DNA from: Candidatus Kapaibacterium sp.
GTDB taxonomy: Bacteria > Bacteroidota > Ignavibacteria > Kapaibacteriales > UBA2268
Direction: 5' to 3'
Length of the DNA: 64,000 nucleotides
Assembly: GCA_963665665.1 (NCBI GenBank)
Contig: OY762428.1
Location: 832,001 to 896,000 of the forward strand
Made by a program: the position numbers and the translations under genes. How positions within the stretch are numbered: the stretch's first letter is position 1; every line of letters begins with the position of its first letter. Positions 9,821-18,657 of this stretch are shown one piece after another. The notes beneath the pieces were generated by a model that was not told the DNA's origin, did no database searches, and worked only from the letters and a program-made list of their open reading frames with translations.

Positions 9821-10193
9821 TATATTTCGCCCTGGCATACTGCTTCCTGCCTTCCTTTATGCAACAGCCGGCAAAATATTTTCTTTCACTGCCGGAAGAA
9901 TGATAGCAGAAGATAAAAGAATCCCCAATCAACCGTGCTGATTCCTGAAGCGGATAATCCCGAAACCATAAGGCACGGGAGCATTTAATATTATAATAGT
10001 TGCAAATTTCTGTAGCTAAGCACTGAAATTTTATTAATTGTTCTGAAACATCAAAGCCACAATTGTAAAAAATATTAATCACAAATCGAAATCCCGGCAC
10101 ATTTTACAATTCCGCTGCTGTTTATAGTACTTTATTTATGTCAAATTACGCATCCTGAACCCAAAGTGGTTGAAATTTTGACCATAAAGATAA

Positions 10194-10445
10194 TTCGGAA
10201 GGTACGGAGGAACGCTCGGAAAGCACGGGGGAACGCTCGGAAGGCATGAGGGAATGCTCGGAAGGCACGGGGAAACGCTCGGAAGGCATGAGGGAACGCT
10301 CGGAAAGCATGAGGGAATGCTCGGAAGGCATGAGGAAACGCTCGGAAAGCACGGGGGAACGCTCGGAAGGCATGAGGGAACACTCGGAAGGCATGAGGGA
10401 ACGCTCGGAAGGCATGAGGAAATGCTCGGAAGGTACGGGGGAACG
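10194..10445. repeat. Tandem array of 12 x 21-bp units, consensus CTCGGAAGGCATGAGGGAACG
   Basis: Twelve contiguous units counted directly; GC-rich island in AT-rich intergenic DNA. Confidence 0.95.
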
Positions 10446-10631
10446 CTAAGATAGCACACACCAGAGCTCTCCTGAATTATATTGTTGATACGTTAGATAT
10501 GCCTTATGCGAATCTGACATCAAACATTAGATTTCAATCTTATTACAAAATTTTTTCCCACGAAGGGCCTGAATTTTCAAATTAAGCAAGTAACTCAGAA
10601 ATTTGAGTATATAAATATAACTTCCGAATAC

Positions 10632-11237
10632 TTACCCGAATATCATTTCAAAAAAGTGAGGAATAATTTCAGGTACTAATATAGCTGTAACAATTATTCC
10701 ACCCAATGCACCCCACAGATGTGCTTCATGGTTGATAAAATCACGTGATTTCTTAGCAGCGAACCAGCAGTAAACAAGATAAAGAACTGCAAATATCGGA
10801 GCCGGAATACCTATCGGAAACAGAATGAACCCTATCTTTGTTGTCGGGTCAAACAAAATATAACTGAAAAGTACGCCGGAAATTGCCCCTGATGCACCTA
10901 CAGCACGGTAGTAAGGATCATCCTTATGTTTGATAACTGTTGTAACGTCTGCTATTATCATGCTTAGGAAGTAGATCAGGATAAAATTCAATGTTCCGGA
11001 ATAATATTCCAGTTTGAATGCAAAGAAAAGAAATGTGAACATATTAAACATCAGGTGAGCCACATCGGCATGCAGGAAACCGCTGGTTACCATCAGATGG
11101 AACTGGTTCTGATTGGCAACACGCCACGGGCTTAGAAGAAACCTTTCGTAAATATTCCGGTCCTTGTATATTGCGTAAAGGCTTATCCCGACTGTAGCAA
11201 GTAATATTATCAAAGCGGCAGGCGATTCGGTAAACAT
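10632..11237 (-). CDS. Rhomboid intramembrane serine protease
   Basis: FLHAD..HLMFN, catalytic GASG and HLWG motifs, TM helices. Confidence 0.9.
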   Translation of the reverse strand: MFTESPAALIILLATVGISLYAIYKDRNIYERFLLSPWRVANQNQFHLMVTSGFLHADVAHLMFNMFTFLFFAFKLEYYSGTLNFILIYFLSMIIADVTTVIKHKDDPYYRAVGASGAISGVLFSYILFDPTTKIGFILFPIGIPAPIFAVLYLVYCWFAAKKSRDFINHEAHLWGALGGIIVTAILVPEIIPHFFEMIFG

Positions 11238-11333
11238 ATTTTATACTCTTTCAAAATTATTATCAGTATGATTTAGAAAAAACGAATATAAAAAAATCAC
11301 AACATAATGCCAAAAATGATATTAATGGTAAAT

Positions 11334-11484
11334 CTCCTTCCGACGAACGGGTTAGGAATGATAATCACCCGGGCCGGCGAGCAGGGAACAGTTAAATCAA
11401 ACTATATGGTAAACCCTTGTGGTGCTCCCCCCCATCTGCTTTCTACCTCAGAAAGACTGCGGAAAAAGCTGACAGGACAGCCCC
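11334..11484 (-). ncRNA. Putative structured RNA element resembling IS110-family non-coding ends (no transposase attached)
   Basis: GGGGCTGTCCTGTCAGC...GGGAGCA...TGCTCGCCGGCCCGGGTGATTATCATTCCTAAC; crossing helices visible; family link is recalled, not searched. Confidence 0.45.
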
Positions 11485-11496
11485 ATTAGCTAATAA

Positions 11497-12474
11497 TTAA
11501 TTTTTCCTGTTTGCCGCGATAATAACAGCCATTTCAATAGCTTCAGCTGCGCTACGTTCGTCGGCCATATCCTTTCCGGCAATTGCAAATGCAGTGCCAT
11601 GATCCACTGAAGTACGAACAATTGGCAGCCCGGCTGTATAATTTATGCCGGCGCCATCGGCAATCATTTTCAGCGGTATAAGTCCCTGATCGTGGTACAT
11701 AGCAAGTATGGCATCGTAATTTTTGTATTCCCCGTGAGCAAAGAAACCATCCGATGGAAATGGCCCGAAAGCATCAATGCCTGCTTCATTTGCTGCTTTA
11801 ATTGCAGGGCTGATAATTTCAATTTCTTCCTGCCCCATGCTGCCGTTTTCACCGGCATGAGGGTTCAAACCGAGAACAGCTATCCGGGGACTGCTTATTG
11901 CATGGTCATTTATCATACTGCCATTAACCACCATCAGCCTTTCCTCTATAAGCTCTTCATTGATAAGCCCGGGAACAGTGGAAATGGCTGTATGAACTGT
12001 GGCAAGCGCAACCCTTACTTCGCGCGTGCAAAGAATCATTACCTGTTTTTCAACTCCGCAACGGTCTGCAAGCATCTCCGTATGTCCGGGGAATTTCCAT
12101 CCCGCCATGTACAAAGCTTCTTTTGATACGGGCATTGTTACAACAGCATCGTACTTTTTTTCAATTGTTTTCTTAACGGCATATTCTATTGAATCAGCGG
12201 CACATTTTCCGGCATCCCGCCTGTTTTCCCCCAGGTTTATTTCCGAATCCGGGCATACATCAAGGATTTTTATTTCTTTATGATTTATTATCAGCTTTCC
12301 ATCCCTGATAGAAGCATCAAGTTTGCATTTATCAATATAATTAAGCAATACTTTTGAATTTCCAGCAATTTCGAATTCAGCATCCAGATTTCGGATATTA
12401 TCCAGTTGAAAAGCTTTAACAAGTACTTCTATTCCAATACCATTCGGGTCGCCCATTGTCATGATAATCTTCAT
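11497..12474 (-). CDS. pdxA: 4-hydroxythreonine-4-phosphate dehydrogenase
   Basis: MGDPNGIG, PGHTE, NPHAGE, MYHDQG, RTSVDHGTA motifs. Confidence 0.93.
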   Translation of the reverse strand: MKIIMTMGDPNGIGIEVLVKAFQLDNIRNLDAEFEIAGNSKVLLNYIDKCKLDASIRDGKLIINHKEIKILDVCPDSEINLGENRRDAGKCAADSIEYAVKKTIEKKYDAVVTMPVSKEALYMAGWKFPGHTEMLADRCGVEKQVMILCTREVRVALATVHTAISTVPGLINEELIEERLMVVNGSMINDHAISSPRIAVLGLNPHAGENGSMGQEEIEIISPAIKAANEAGIDAFGPFPSDGFFAHGEYKNYDAILAMYHDQGLIPLKMIADGAGINYTAGLPIVRTSVDHGTAFAIAGKDMADERSAAEAIEMAVIIAANRKN

Positions 12475-12487
12475 TCTATACTCCTTG

Positions 12488-13762
12488 TCAGCGTTTAATT
12501 TTTTTTGTTCTGTAAATATTCAGCAGCAGGCCTATCATGGCCATATTGGTCATCAGCGATGTACCTCCCGCGCTCATAAATGGCAATGGTATGCCCATAA
12601 CCGGCATAAGCCCTATTGCCATTCCGATATTAATTATTGTATGGTAAAGAAATATAGAAGCAATGCCTATAGCCACAATACTGCTGAACGGATTGTCAGT
12701 CATCTGTGCTGTTTTTACAGCACGAAAGATTAAGCCCATAATAAGGGCGATTACTGCTACACCACCAACAAAACCAAATTCTTCCGTTGGAACTGAATAT
12801 ATAAAGTCAGTCCACTGCTTTGGTATATAGCGAAGCTGAGTCTGAGTGCCGTGCATAAATCCCTTGCCGGTAAGGCCGCCGCTTCCCACTGCCATTTTCG
12901 ACTGGATAACGTTGTAGCCCTTGCCCCGGGGATCGTTATTCGGATCCAGGAATGTAGCTATCCTGTCCTGCTGGTGAGGCTGGAGCGACTGATAGATAAG
13001 AGGAGCACCCGAACCGAGAGCAATAAAAACAATTATAGCACCAACTGTAAGAAGTATCTTTTGGCGAAAGAATATTGCTATGGTAGAAAAAATTACTATT
13101 GCAATAATACCATAAATCTGGTTGAACAGAGAAGCAATCACAATAAAGGGCATTGCCACAATAGAATATATAATAAAAATATTATAACCAGTCCAGAGCA
13201 AAATGCCAAATGTCATTGCCAATAGTACGGTAGCTGAACCGGTATCCGGCTGCAGCATTATCAGAGCTACTGGAAGAAGTACAATCCCTGCAACAACACC
13301 GAAATCCCTGATAGTTCTGATATCCGTACCTTTTCTTCCCATATACTGTGCTACTGCAAGAAGGGTTGTTATTTTTGCCACTTCAGCAGGCTGTATTGAA
13401 AATCCGGCAATACTCAGCCAACCTCTTGTTCCGTAGGTTGATTTACCAATTATCAAAACTAAAACAAGCATAGCAACACCAATAGCGTAAAGGAAAATTG
13501 AATTTCGTTCAATCCACCTTTCCGGAATCAGAAAAATCGTAATCATACCGGCAAGGCCAATTCCTCCGGAAAGTAATTGCCTGTAAAAAGTTCCGCTCAT
13601 TCCGGTATCATAAGCATTGCTGTATGTATATGTTGCGCTGTATATCGATATAAGGCCGAATGCTATCAGAGTAATAGTAAGGAAGAAAGTTATATAATCA
13701 AACGAATCCGTCTGCTTGCTGTCTATCTGAAAAAAAGCGTTGTCCGCCATATTTATCTCCAA
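12488..13762 (-). CDS. rodA: SEDS-family peptidoglycan glycosyltransferase RodA
   Basis: IQPAEVAK, LQPDTG, GYNVIQSKMAVGSGG, TDFIYS, GIPLPFMSAGGTS. Confidence 0.9.
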   Translation of the reverse strand: MEINMADNAFFQIDSKQTDSFDYITFFLTITLIAFGLISIYSATYTYSNAYDTGMSGTFYRQLLSGGIGLAGMITIFLIPERWIERNSIFLYAIGVAMLVLVLIIGKSTYGTRGWLSIAGFSIQPAEVAKITTLLAVAQYMGRKGTDIRTIRDFGVVAGIVLLPVALIMLQPDTGSATVLLAMTFGILLWTGYNIFIIYSIVAMPFIVIASLFNQIYGIIAIVIFSTIAIFFRQKILLTVGAIIVFIALGSGAPLIYQSLQPHQQDRIATFLDPNNDPRGKGYNVIQSKMAVGSGGLTGKGFMHGTQTQLRYIPKQWTDFIYSVPTEEFGFVGGVAVIALIMGLIFRAVKTAQMTDNPFSSIVAIGIASIFLYHTIINIGMAIGLMPVMGIPLPFMSAGGTSLMTNMAMIGLLLNIYRTKKIKR

Positions 13763-13868
13763 TTTTTCATAGCAGTTTTTCGATTTGTGTCAAATCAAAA
13801 AAAATAAATTTAGTAAGGAAATAAACAGAAAACAAGAAATAGAAGATATATAAAAAGTTGAAAATAAT

Positions 13869-14071
13869 GTTACTGCTCAGCAAATATAATATTGTTCTGT
13901 TTTTGAAAAGAATAATTGCAAAAATGTCATTCTGAAGGAGCTTGCGACTGAAGAATCCACTTATTTTTAGGATAAAATTATGAAGAATAGACTCTTCACT
14001 TCGTTCAGAGTGACATATTCTTCAATTTTTAACCATAACCAACATATTTTTCCTTTGTGCTGAATAGTTAC
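13869..14071. mobile_element. 203-bp MITE with imperfect TIRs and 8-bp target-site duplication AAAATAAT; carries an internal REP-like palindrome pair
   Basis: Left end GTTACTGCTCAGCA vs right-end reverse complement GTAACTATTCAGCA (11/14); AAAATAAT at 13861-13868 and 14072-14079; internal TGTCATTCTGAA (13925) / TTCAGAGTGACA (to 14015). Confidence 0.75.
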
Positions 14072-14257
14072 AAAATAATTATATAGTTATATTTACAATA
14101 ATTGATACTTTTTTCGTTATGACAGCTTTTTGTAAGTTTTATAATAATTTTTAAAATTTATAGCGATTTGATTTCTCTTAGTCCGTTACTTTTTTTATAT
14201 TTAAATGTTTATCTGTGTAACAGAAAATTTGGATTAATTGAAAACAATGATTTAACG

Positions 14258-15220
14258 ATGATATTCAGGATTATATATATACTTTCGCTTTTATTATTTC
14301 TGCCTGCCCTGGCAAGCGGAAAGATTGGCTCATCTGACTATCATATAAATCTTGTAAATGTGCCTGAATTGTATCAGCCTTTGAATGGTTCTGCTGATGT
14401 TACTATCAGGCCTGAGTTTAGCTGGATAAAAGAGGACGGGGTTGTTTATCACCTCCAGGTTTCGGAATTTGAAGATTTCAGCGAATTGAACCTGGAAATT
14501 GAAAATCTTGAGGAATCTTTGATTACTCCCGAAACAGTACTTGAACATGACAAAACTTATTACTGGCACGTGCGTTCTTCTGATGGAACCGAGTATTCGG
14601 AATGGTCGGATACCTGGTCGTTCCATACGATTAAAGCAATTCCCGAACCGCCCCAACTCATATATCCGGAAAATGGAGCGAACGAAATTCCCAAAGAGTT
14701 TGCATTCAGATTTAAGCCGGTTGATAATGCCGAAAGTTATATTCTTTATGTATCTACCAACGAAGAAGATTTCGAATCGTTGAGCGATAGTTTGAAAGTA
14801 AGTGCTCTGGGCCATCTTGACTCTATTGAAGGAATAAAGACATATTCTGAAAAAACGGAGTATTTCTGGGCGATGAAAGCTGTTAATTCTGCAGGTTTCA
14901 GTAAACTAAGTGAAATATGGAGTTTTACGACTCAGGAAGCAGTTACAATAATTTATGAAAGCCGGAATGATTTAATTGAGTTGTCAATATTTCCTAATCC
15001 TGCATCGGACTATATTTACATTTCCAAACTCGGTATGAATGAAATATCAGCTTATAATATTTTCAGCTTTGATGGTAGAAATCTTTCTGAATTTGTTCCG
15101 GGTATCAATAACCCTGGTCAAATTATCCTTGATCTGAGAAACATACCATCAGGAAAATATTTTATTAATATTTATATTGATAATTCTATGATTACCAGGG
15201 GTTTTGTAATACAAAGATAA
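14258..15220 (+). CDS. T9SS cargo protein with two fibronectin-III-like modules
   Basis: Signal peptide from MIFRII; repeated P.L..P.NG...Y.W.V...S.WSF.T; C-terminal IFPNPA...GKYF domain. Confidence 0.8.
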   Translation: MIFRIIYILSLLLFLPALASGKIGSSDYHINLVNVPELYQPLNGSADVTIRPEFSWIKEDGVVYHLQVSEFEDFSELNLEIENLEESLITPETVLEHDKTYYWHVRSSDGTEYSEWSDTWSFHTIKAIPEPPQLIYPENGANEIPKEFAFRFKPVDNAESYILYVSTNEEDFESLSDSLKVSALGHLDSIEGIKTYSEKTEYFWAMKAVNSAGFSKLSEIWSFTTQEAVTIIYESRNDLIELSIFPNPASDYIYISKLGMNEISAYNIFSFDGRNLSEFVPGINNPGQIILDLRNIPSGKYFINIYIDNSMITRGFVIQR

Positions 15221-15312
15221 TCACAGACAGGCTTTATGCTTTGGATTCTCCGTTTTGTTCAATTCCTTTAACACTCCAAATAATTATTTATTTCAATTTT
15301 TTTCATAAAAGT

Positions 15313-15338
15313 TGAAACCTTTTTAAACTGATGTCGTA
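15313..15338 (+). promoter_or_regulatory. ECF sigma-type promoter TGAAAC-N16-CGTA
   Basis: Exact match to the SigW-type ECF consensus, with no same-strand gene downstream. Confidence 0.55.
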
Positions 15339-15343
15339 GATTA

Positions 15344-15425
15344 GACTGTATATACTCCTTCTCGTTACAGTACATACGATTCGAACCGCAAGCTCCCGGC
15401 ACCTGACTTGCGGTTCATTTTTTTA
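15344..15425 (+). ncRNA. Candidate ~80-nt sRNA with an anti-Shine-Dalgarno loop and intrinsic terminator
   Basis: Hairpin ACTGTA/TACAGT with loop containing CTCCTT; terminator GAACCGCAAG/CTTGCGGTTC plus T-run. Confidence 0.5.
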
Positions 15426-18089
15426 TTTATCAATATTGTTCTGCTCCGAGCAACAAGGAGACTTTTGTATTCTGCCGTCAATATACTCTATGCGGTTAAT
15501 TACCACATTTATCCTTCTGACGGGATCCAGAGAATAATAATCATCTTCTTTACCAACGTATCCTTTATGTTTAAAATCGGCTTCAGTGTCTATTTGCCTG
15601 CCCTCAATAAAGAATATAACTGATGCATTATCAAATTTAGCTTTAAATTCCGATTCAGTGAAAAATCTGTCGGGCAGTAGAACATCGCCTGAACTTACCA
15701 AATCAGCAAAAAGCGAATCTGACATAAGTACATCGAATAATGCTTTATAACCAAAATATGCCCTTAGCCTGGAAAGATTGGCGTTATTCTCGCTAACAAG
15801 TGACGTTCCGGGTTCTACTTTTACCGGGCGAATATTATATTTTTCAGTAATATCATTATAAGATCCGGAATAATAAAATACACTCTTACTGCCGGTGTAA
15901 TCACCCTTTTTTATCGGCCTTCTATCCGAATAGCTGTTTATCTGAATTATTATTTTATTGTTGTTTCCGCCGGTTTTCAGATTCAATTCATTAAATGCGG
16001 GAAGTATATTGCTGCAAATTTCCTGTTTTATGATATTCAGATTATTGTCAACTTCCCTTGCATAGTCGCGATATTCTTCAAGCCTTACAGCATATTTCAC
16101 CCTTCTGTTACGTTTTTCTTCATCTTCAAGCCCGTACCGTTTATAGCCGAAATACTGGTTCTCAGGGTGCAGTTCAATAAAAGAAGCGCCCGCGTATTCA
16201 CGGTTTTTCAGTTCTTTTATATGTCGTTCAAGATTCTCGACAGTATTAACTTCCCAGAAACCGGTCTGGAAATATGGAATATTCCTCCTGTATTCGTCGA
16301 TATGCTCAACAAATTCCCACCGGCACGGAGGGAAATAATAGTATCGTGGTTGCAGATAAACAATATCATCAATTACAGTATCATTTTCAGCGATAAAATC
16401 CGGAAACAATTTCTGCTTAGAAAGCTCGGACATAGCCGGATGATTTACCGTGCGCATGAAAGTAGTATCAAGAATTGTCAGCGTATCGTTTACAGTTACC
16501 AGTCTTTCCATTGGTTTAATATACCCTGAAATCAGGCTGTCTCGGCTTGTTATTTCCATAAAACTAACGGTAACCGAATCGCCGTTCATGGAGATATTTT
16601 TAATTTCCAGCATTTCATTTGATTTTATCCTGTCCGTTTCGGAAGTATGGAATTTTTTATTATAATAGCTGGTATCATAGAGAGTATAATACTCGGGACT
16701 GATAACAGTATCATATTTTTCAGTTACAATTCGTTCTTGGATTTCAATTCTCGGAGGAAGAGCTTTTGGCCAGGAATAGTGGCTCATAACGCTGTCGGTT
16801 CCCTCGCAATTAATTTCGTCATACATTGAGCCGCCATAAGCTCTGTATTTCCTTCCGCTTTCAAGGCTGAACGATGCAGAGGCCGCACTTACCTTCGCTA
16901 TACTGACCTCACGTTGGTAATCAGGTGGCAGGGCTTCTCTTAATTCAATATACGGTTCTTTCACCGGGCGGCCCGGCGCTTCGGCATCAACAATATTGAT
17001 TTTAATTTCCGTTTTTGGCTGGCGGCAATTTAAATCAACGGGAAATTTGTAAAAATCAAATCCGCCTTTGGCAGCAACAAGGGTGTCAAAACTTTTTTTG
17101 AATTTCTGTTTATACCTGTTCGATGAAAAATAAAGAAAAGGCTTAACACTGTCGTTTGTTTGTTTATACGGCCTGGGAATGAATGGATAGAAATCCTTGG
17201 CGCTTTGTGAAACAGAATCCGGAAAATTTAATAACTTTTTCACTGGCGCTGTTAGCTTCAGGTTCTGCCTGTCGTAGTCAATTTCAATATTTACCGAGTA
17301 GAGGTCAAAGTCATTTATTGATGTACTGTCCCGGTCAGATGAGAATATCAAAACCGGATTGTAGCATTGACAATAAACAAATGGTGTAATTTCTGAAAAT
17401 TTAGTATTTATCTCAGGATTTATCTCGGCAAAATTCACTGGTTCAGTCCATTCCCCATTTTTTCGAAAGGCAAAGTAAAGATCAGAATTGCCACTGATAG
17501 TATCACTTCCCATATCCAGAGCCTTTTGGTATTGAAATGGAGAGCCGTAACCTTTTTTGTAATCCGGACGGTCTGATGACCATATAAGCAGGATATCCTT
17601 TCCGTTGCTTAGCGCACACGGGTGAGAATCCCAAAACCGGGAGTTAATATCCTTGCCGGGATTGGCAAAAACATATTTTTCTCCGTCCTTATCGAACTCG
17701 AAAATATCAGTACCGCCAACACCTCCGCCAATTGGAAGTTCCATGAAAAGTGCCGCGTTGGGATCCTTCGGGTGAGCTACAGATAAAAATCCATAATTCT
17801 CAGATATGAAAGATACTGCTCCTGAATTCAGCGCTCCGTCATATCCTGTTATGATTTCAAGAATTTCATTAGCAGGGATAATATTTCTTTCATTATCCGG
17901 AGATACTGCCGCGAACTCGTTAAAACATGGATCGGCATTTTTAATTGCTCCGATAGGAACCTGCGTTGGGGCAATTTCATTCTTCTTACTATTCAATATA
18001 CTGATATTACCCTCGGGAAGCACCCTGGCTTTTCTGCATGCACCAAGGATGATAAGAAACAACATAATTGTGGATATTTTATACTTCAT
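15423..18089 (-). CDS. Large lipoprotein: PD40 beta-propeller, beta-sandwich and divergent OmpA-like C-terminus (PorE-like)
   Basis: Lipobox LGAC; PD40 motifs (INSRFWDSHP, WSSDR, SDLY, FSSNR, GGFDFY); YSD...N..LS..RA...RR pattern of OmpA_C. Confidence 0.6.
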   Translation of the reverse strand: MKYKISTIMLFLIILGACRKARVLPEGNISILNSKKNEIAPTQVPIGAIKNADPCFNEFAAVSPDNERNIIPANEILEIITGYDGALNSGAVSFISENYGFLSVAHPKDPNAALFMELPIGGGVGGTDIFEFDKDGEKYVFANPGKDINSRFWDSHPCALSNGKDILLIWSSDRPDYKKGYGSPFQYQKALDMGSDTISGNSDLYFAFRKNGEWTEPVNFAEINPEINTKFSEITPFVYCQCYNPVLIFSSDRDSTSINDFDLYSVNIEIDYDRQNLKLTAPVKKLLNFPDSVSQSAKDFYPFIPRPYKQTNDSVKPFLYFSSNRYKQKFKKSFDTLVAAKGGFDFYKFPVDLNCRQPKTEIKINIVDAEAPGRPVKEPYIELREALPPDYQREVSIAKVSAASASFSLESGRKYRAYGGSMYDEINCEGTDSVMSHYSWPKALPPRIEIQERIVTEKYDTVISPEYYTLYDTSYYNKKFHTSETDRIKSNEMLEIKNISMNGDSVTVSFMEITSRDSLISGYIKPMERLVTVNDTLTILDTTFMRTVNHPAMSELSKQKLFPDFIAENDTVIDDIVYLQPRYYYFPPCRWEFVEHIDEYRRNIPYFQTGFWEVNTVENLERHIKELKNREYAGASFIELHPENQYFGYKRYGLEDEEKRNRRVKYAVRLEEYRDYAREVDNNLNIIKQEICSNILPAFNELNLKTGGNNNKIIIQINSYSDRRPIKKGDYTGSKSVFYYSGSYNDITEKYNIRPVKVEPGTSLVSENNANLSRLRAYFGYKALFDVLMSDSLFADLVSSGDVLLPDRFFTESEFKAKFDNASVIFFIEGRQIDTEADFKHKGYVGKEDDYYSLDPVRRINVVINRIEYIDGRIQKSPCCSEQNNIDK

Positions 18090-18657
18090 GATCAGATACA
18101 ATATTCTGTTTTACAATAAATACTAAGATATAAAAAAGAAATTGATTCTTTTCTATTTAATACGATGGAAAACACAGATTTGTTATTAAAAATGGATTGT
18201 TTATCTCGAACATAAATAATTAAATTGAAGAAATACCCTTGATCATAATTGTTTACGTGGAAATATTTAATAATTTACCTGCAATTAATTGAATTATACA
18301 TACAATTTTATCTACAAATTTATTGACTAAATTGTGAGTAATGCTAATTATGGATACAACAATAATTAGGCTGGAAAAATCCGTGGACAGAAAATTTAAA
18401 AACAGTGTCTGCGTTATTCGATAAATCAATGAATTCAATCATTGAAGAAATGATAGCTGATTATCAGAAAAATGATTTTTTAGGAAGAAGCAGATAAATC
18501 ATTTAAGAATTGAAAGCTCAAATGAAAAACTATTTTCGAATTTGAATAAATTCTGATAATGATATTTATTTTGGGATAAATTTATCAATAAACACTTAAA
18601 AAAAATCATCCGAAAACACCAGGTCATCGGATGATTTGTGCAAATAAAAAATTAAGA

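Noticed and set aside
9702-10100. 132-aa minus-strand ORF
   Set aside because: Atypical composition, crosses a terminator hairpin, no family motif
10136-10461. CRISPR array, or real proteins in the five ORFs over the 21-bp repeat
   Set aside because: No unique spacers and no cas genes; the ORFs are open only because the unit lacks stops in those frames
11307-11489. 60-aa plus-strand ORF
   Set aside because: No RBS or recognisable motif; better explained as the antisense of the structured element
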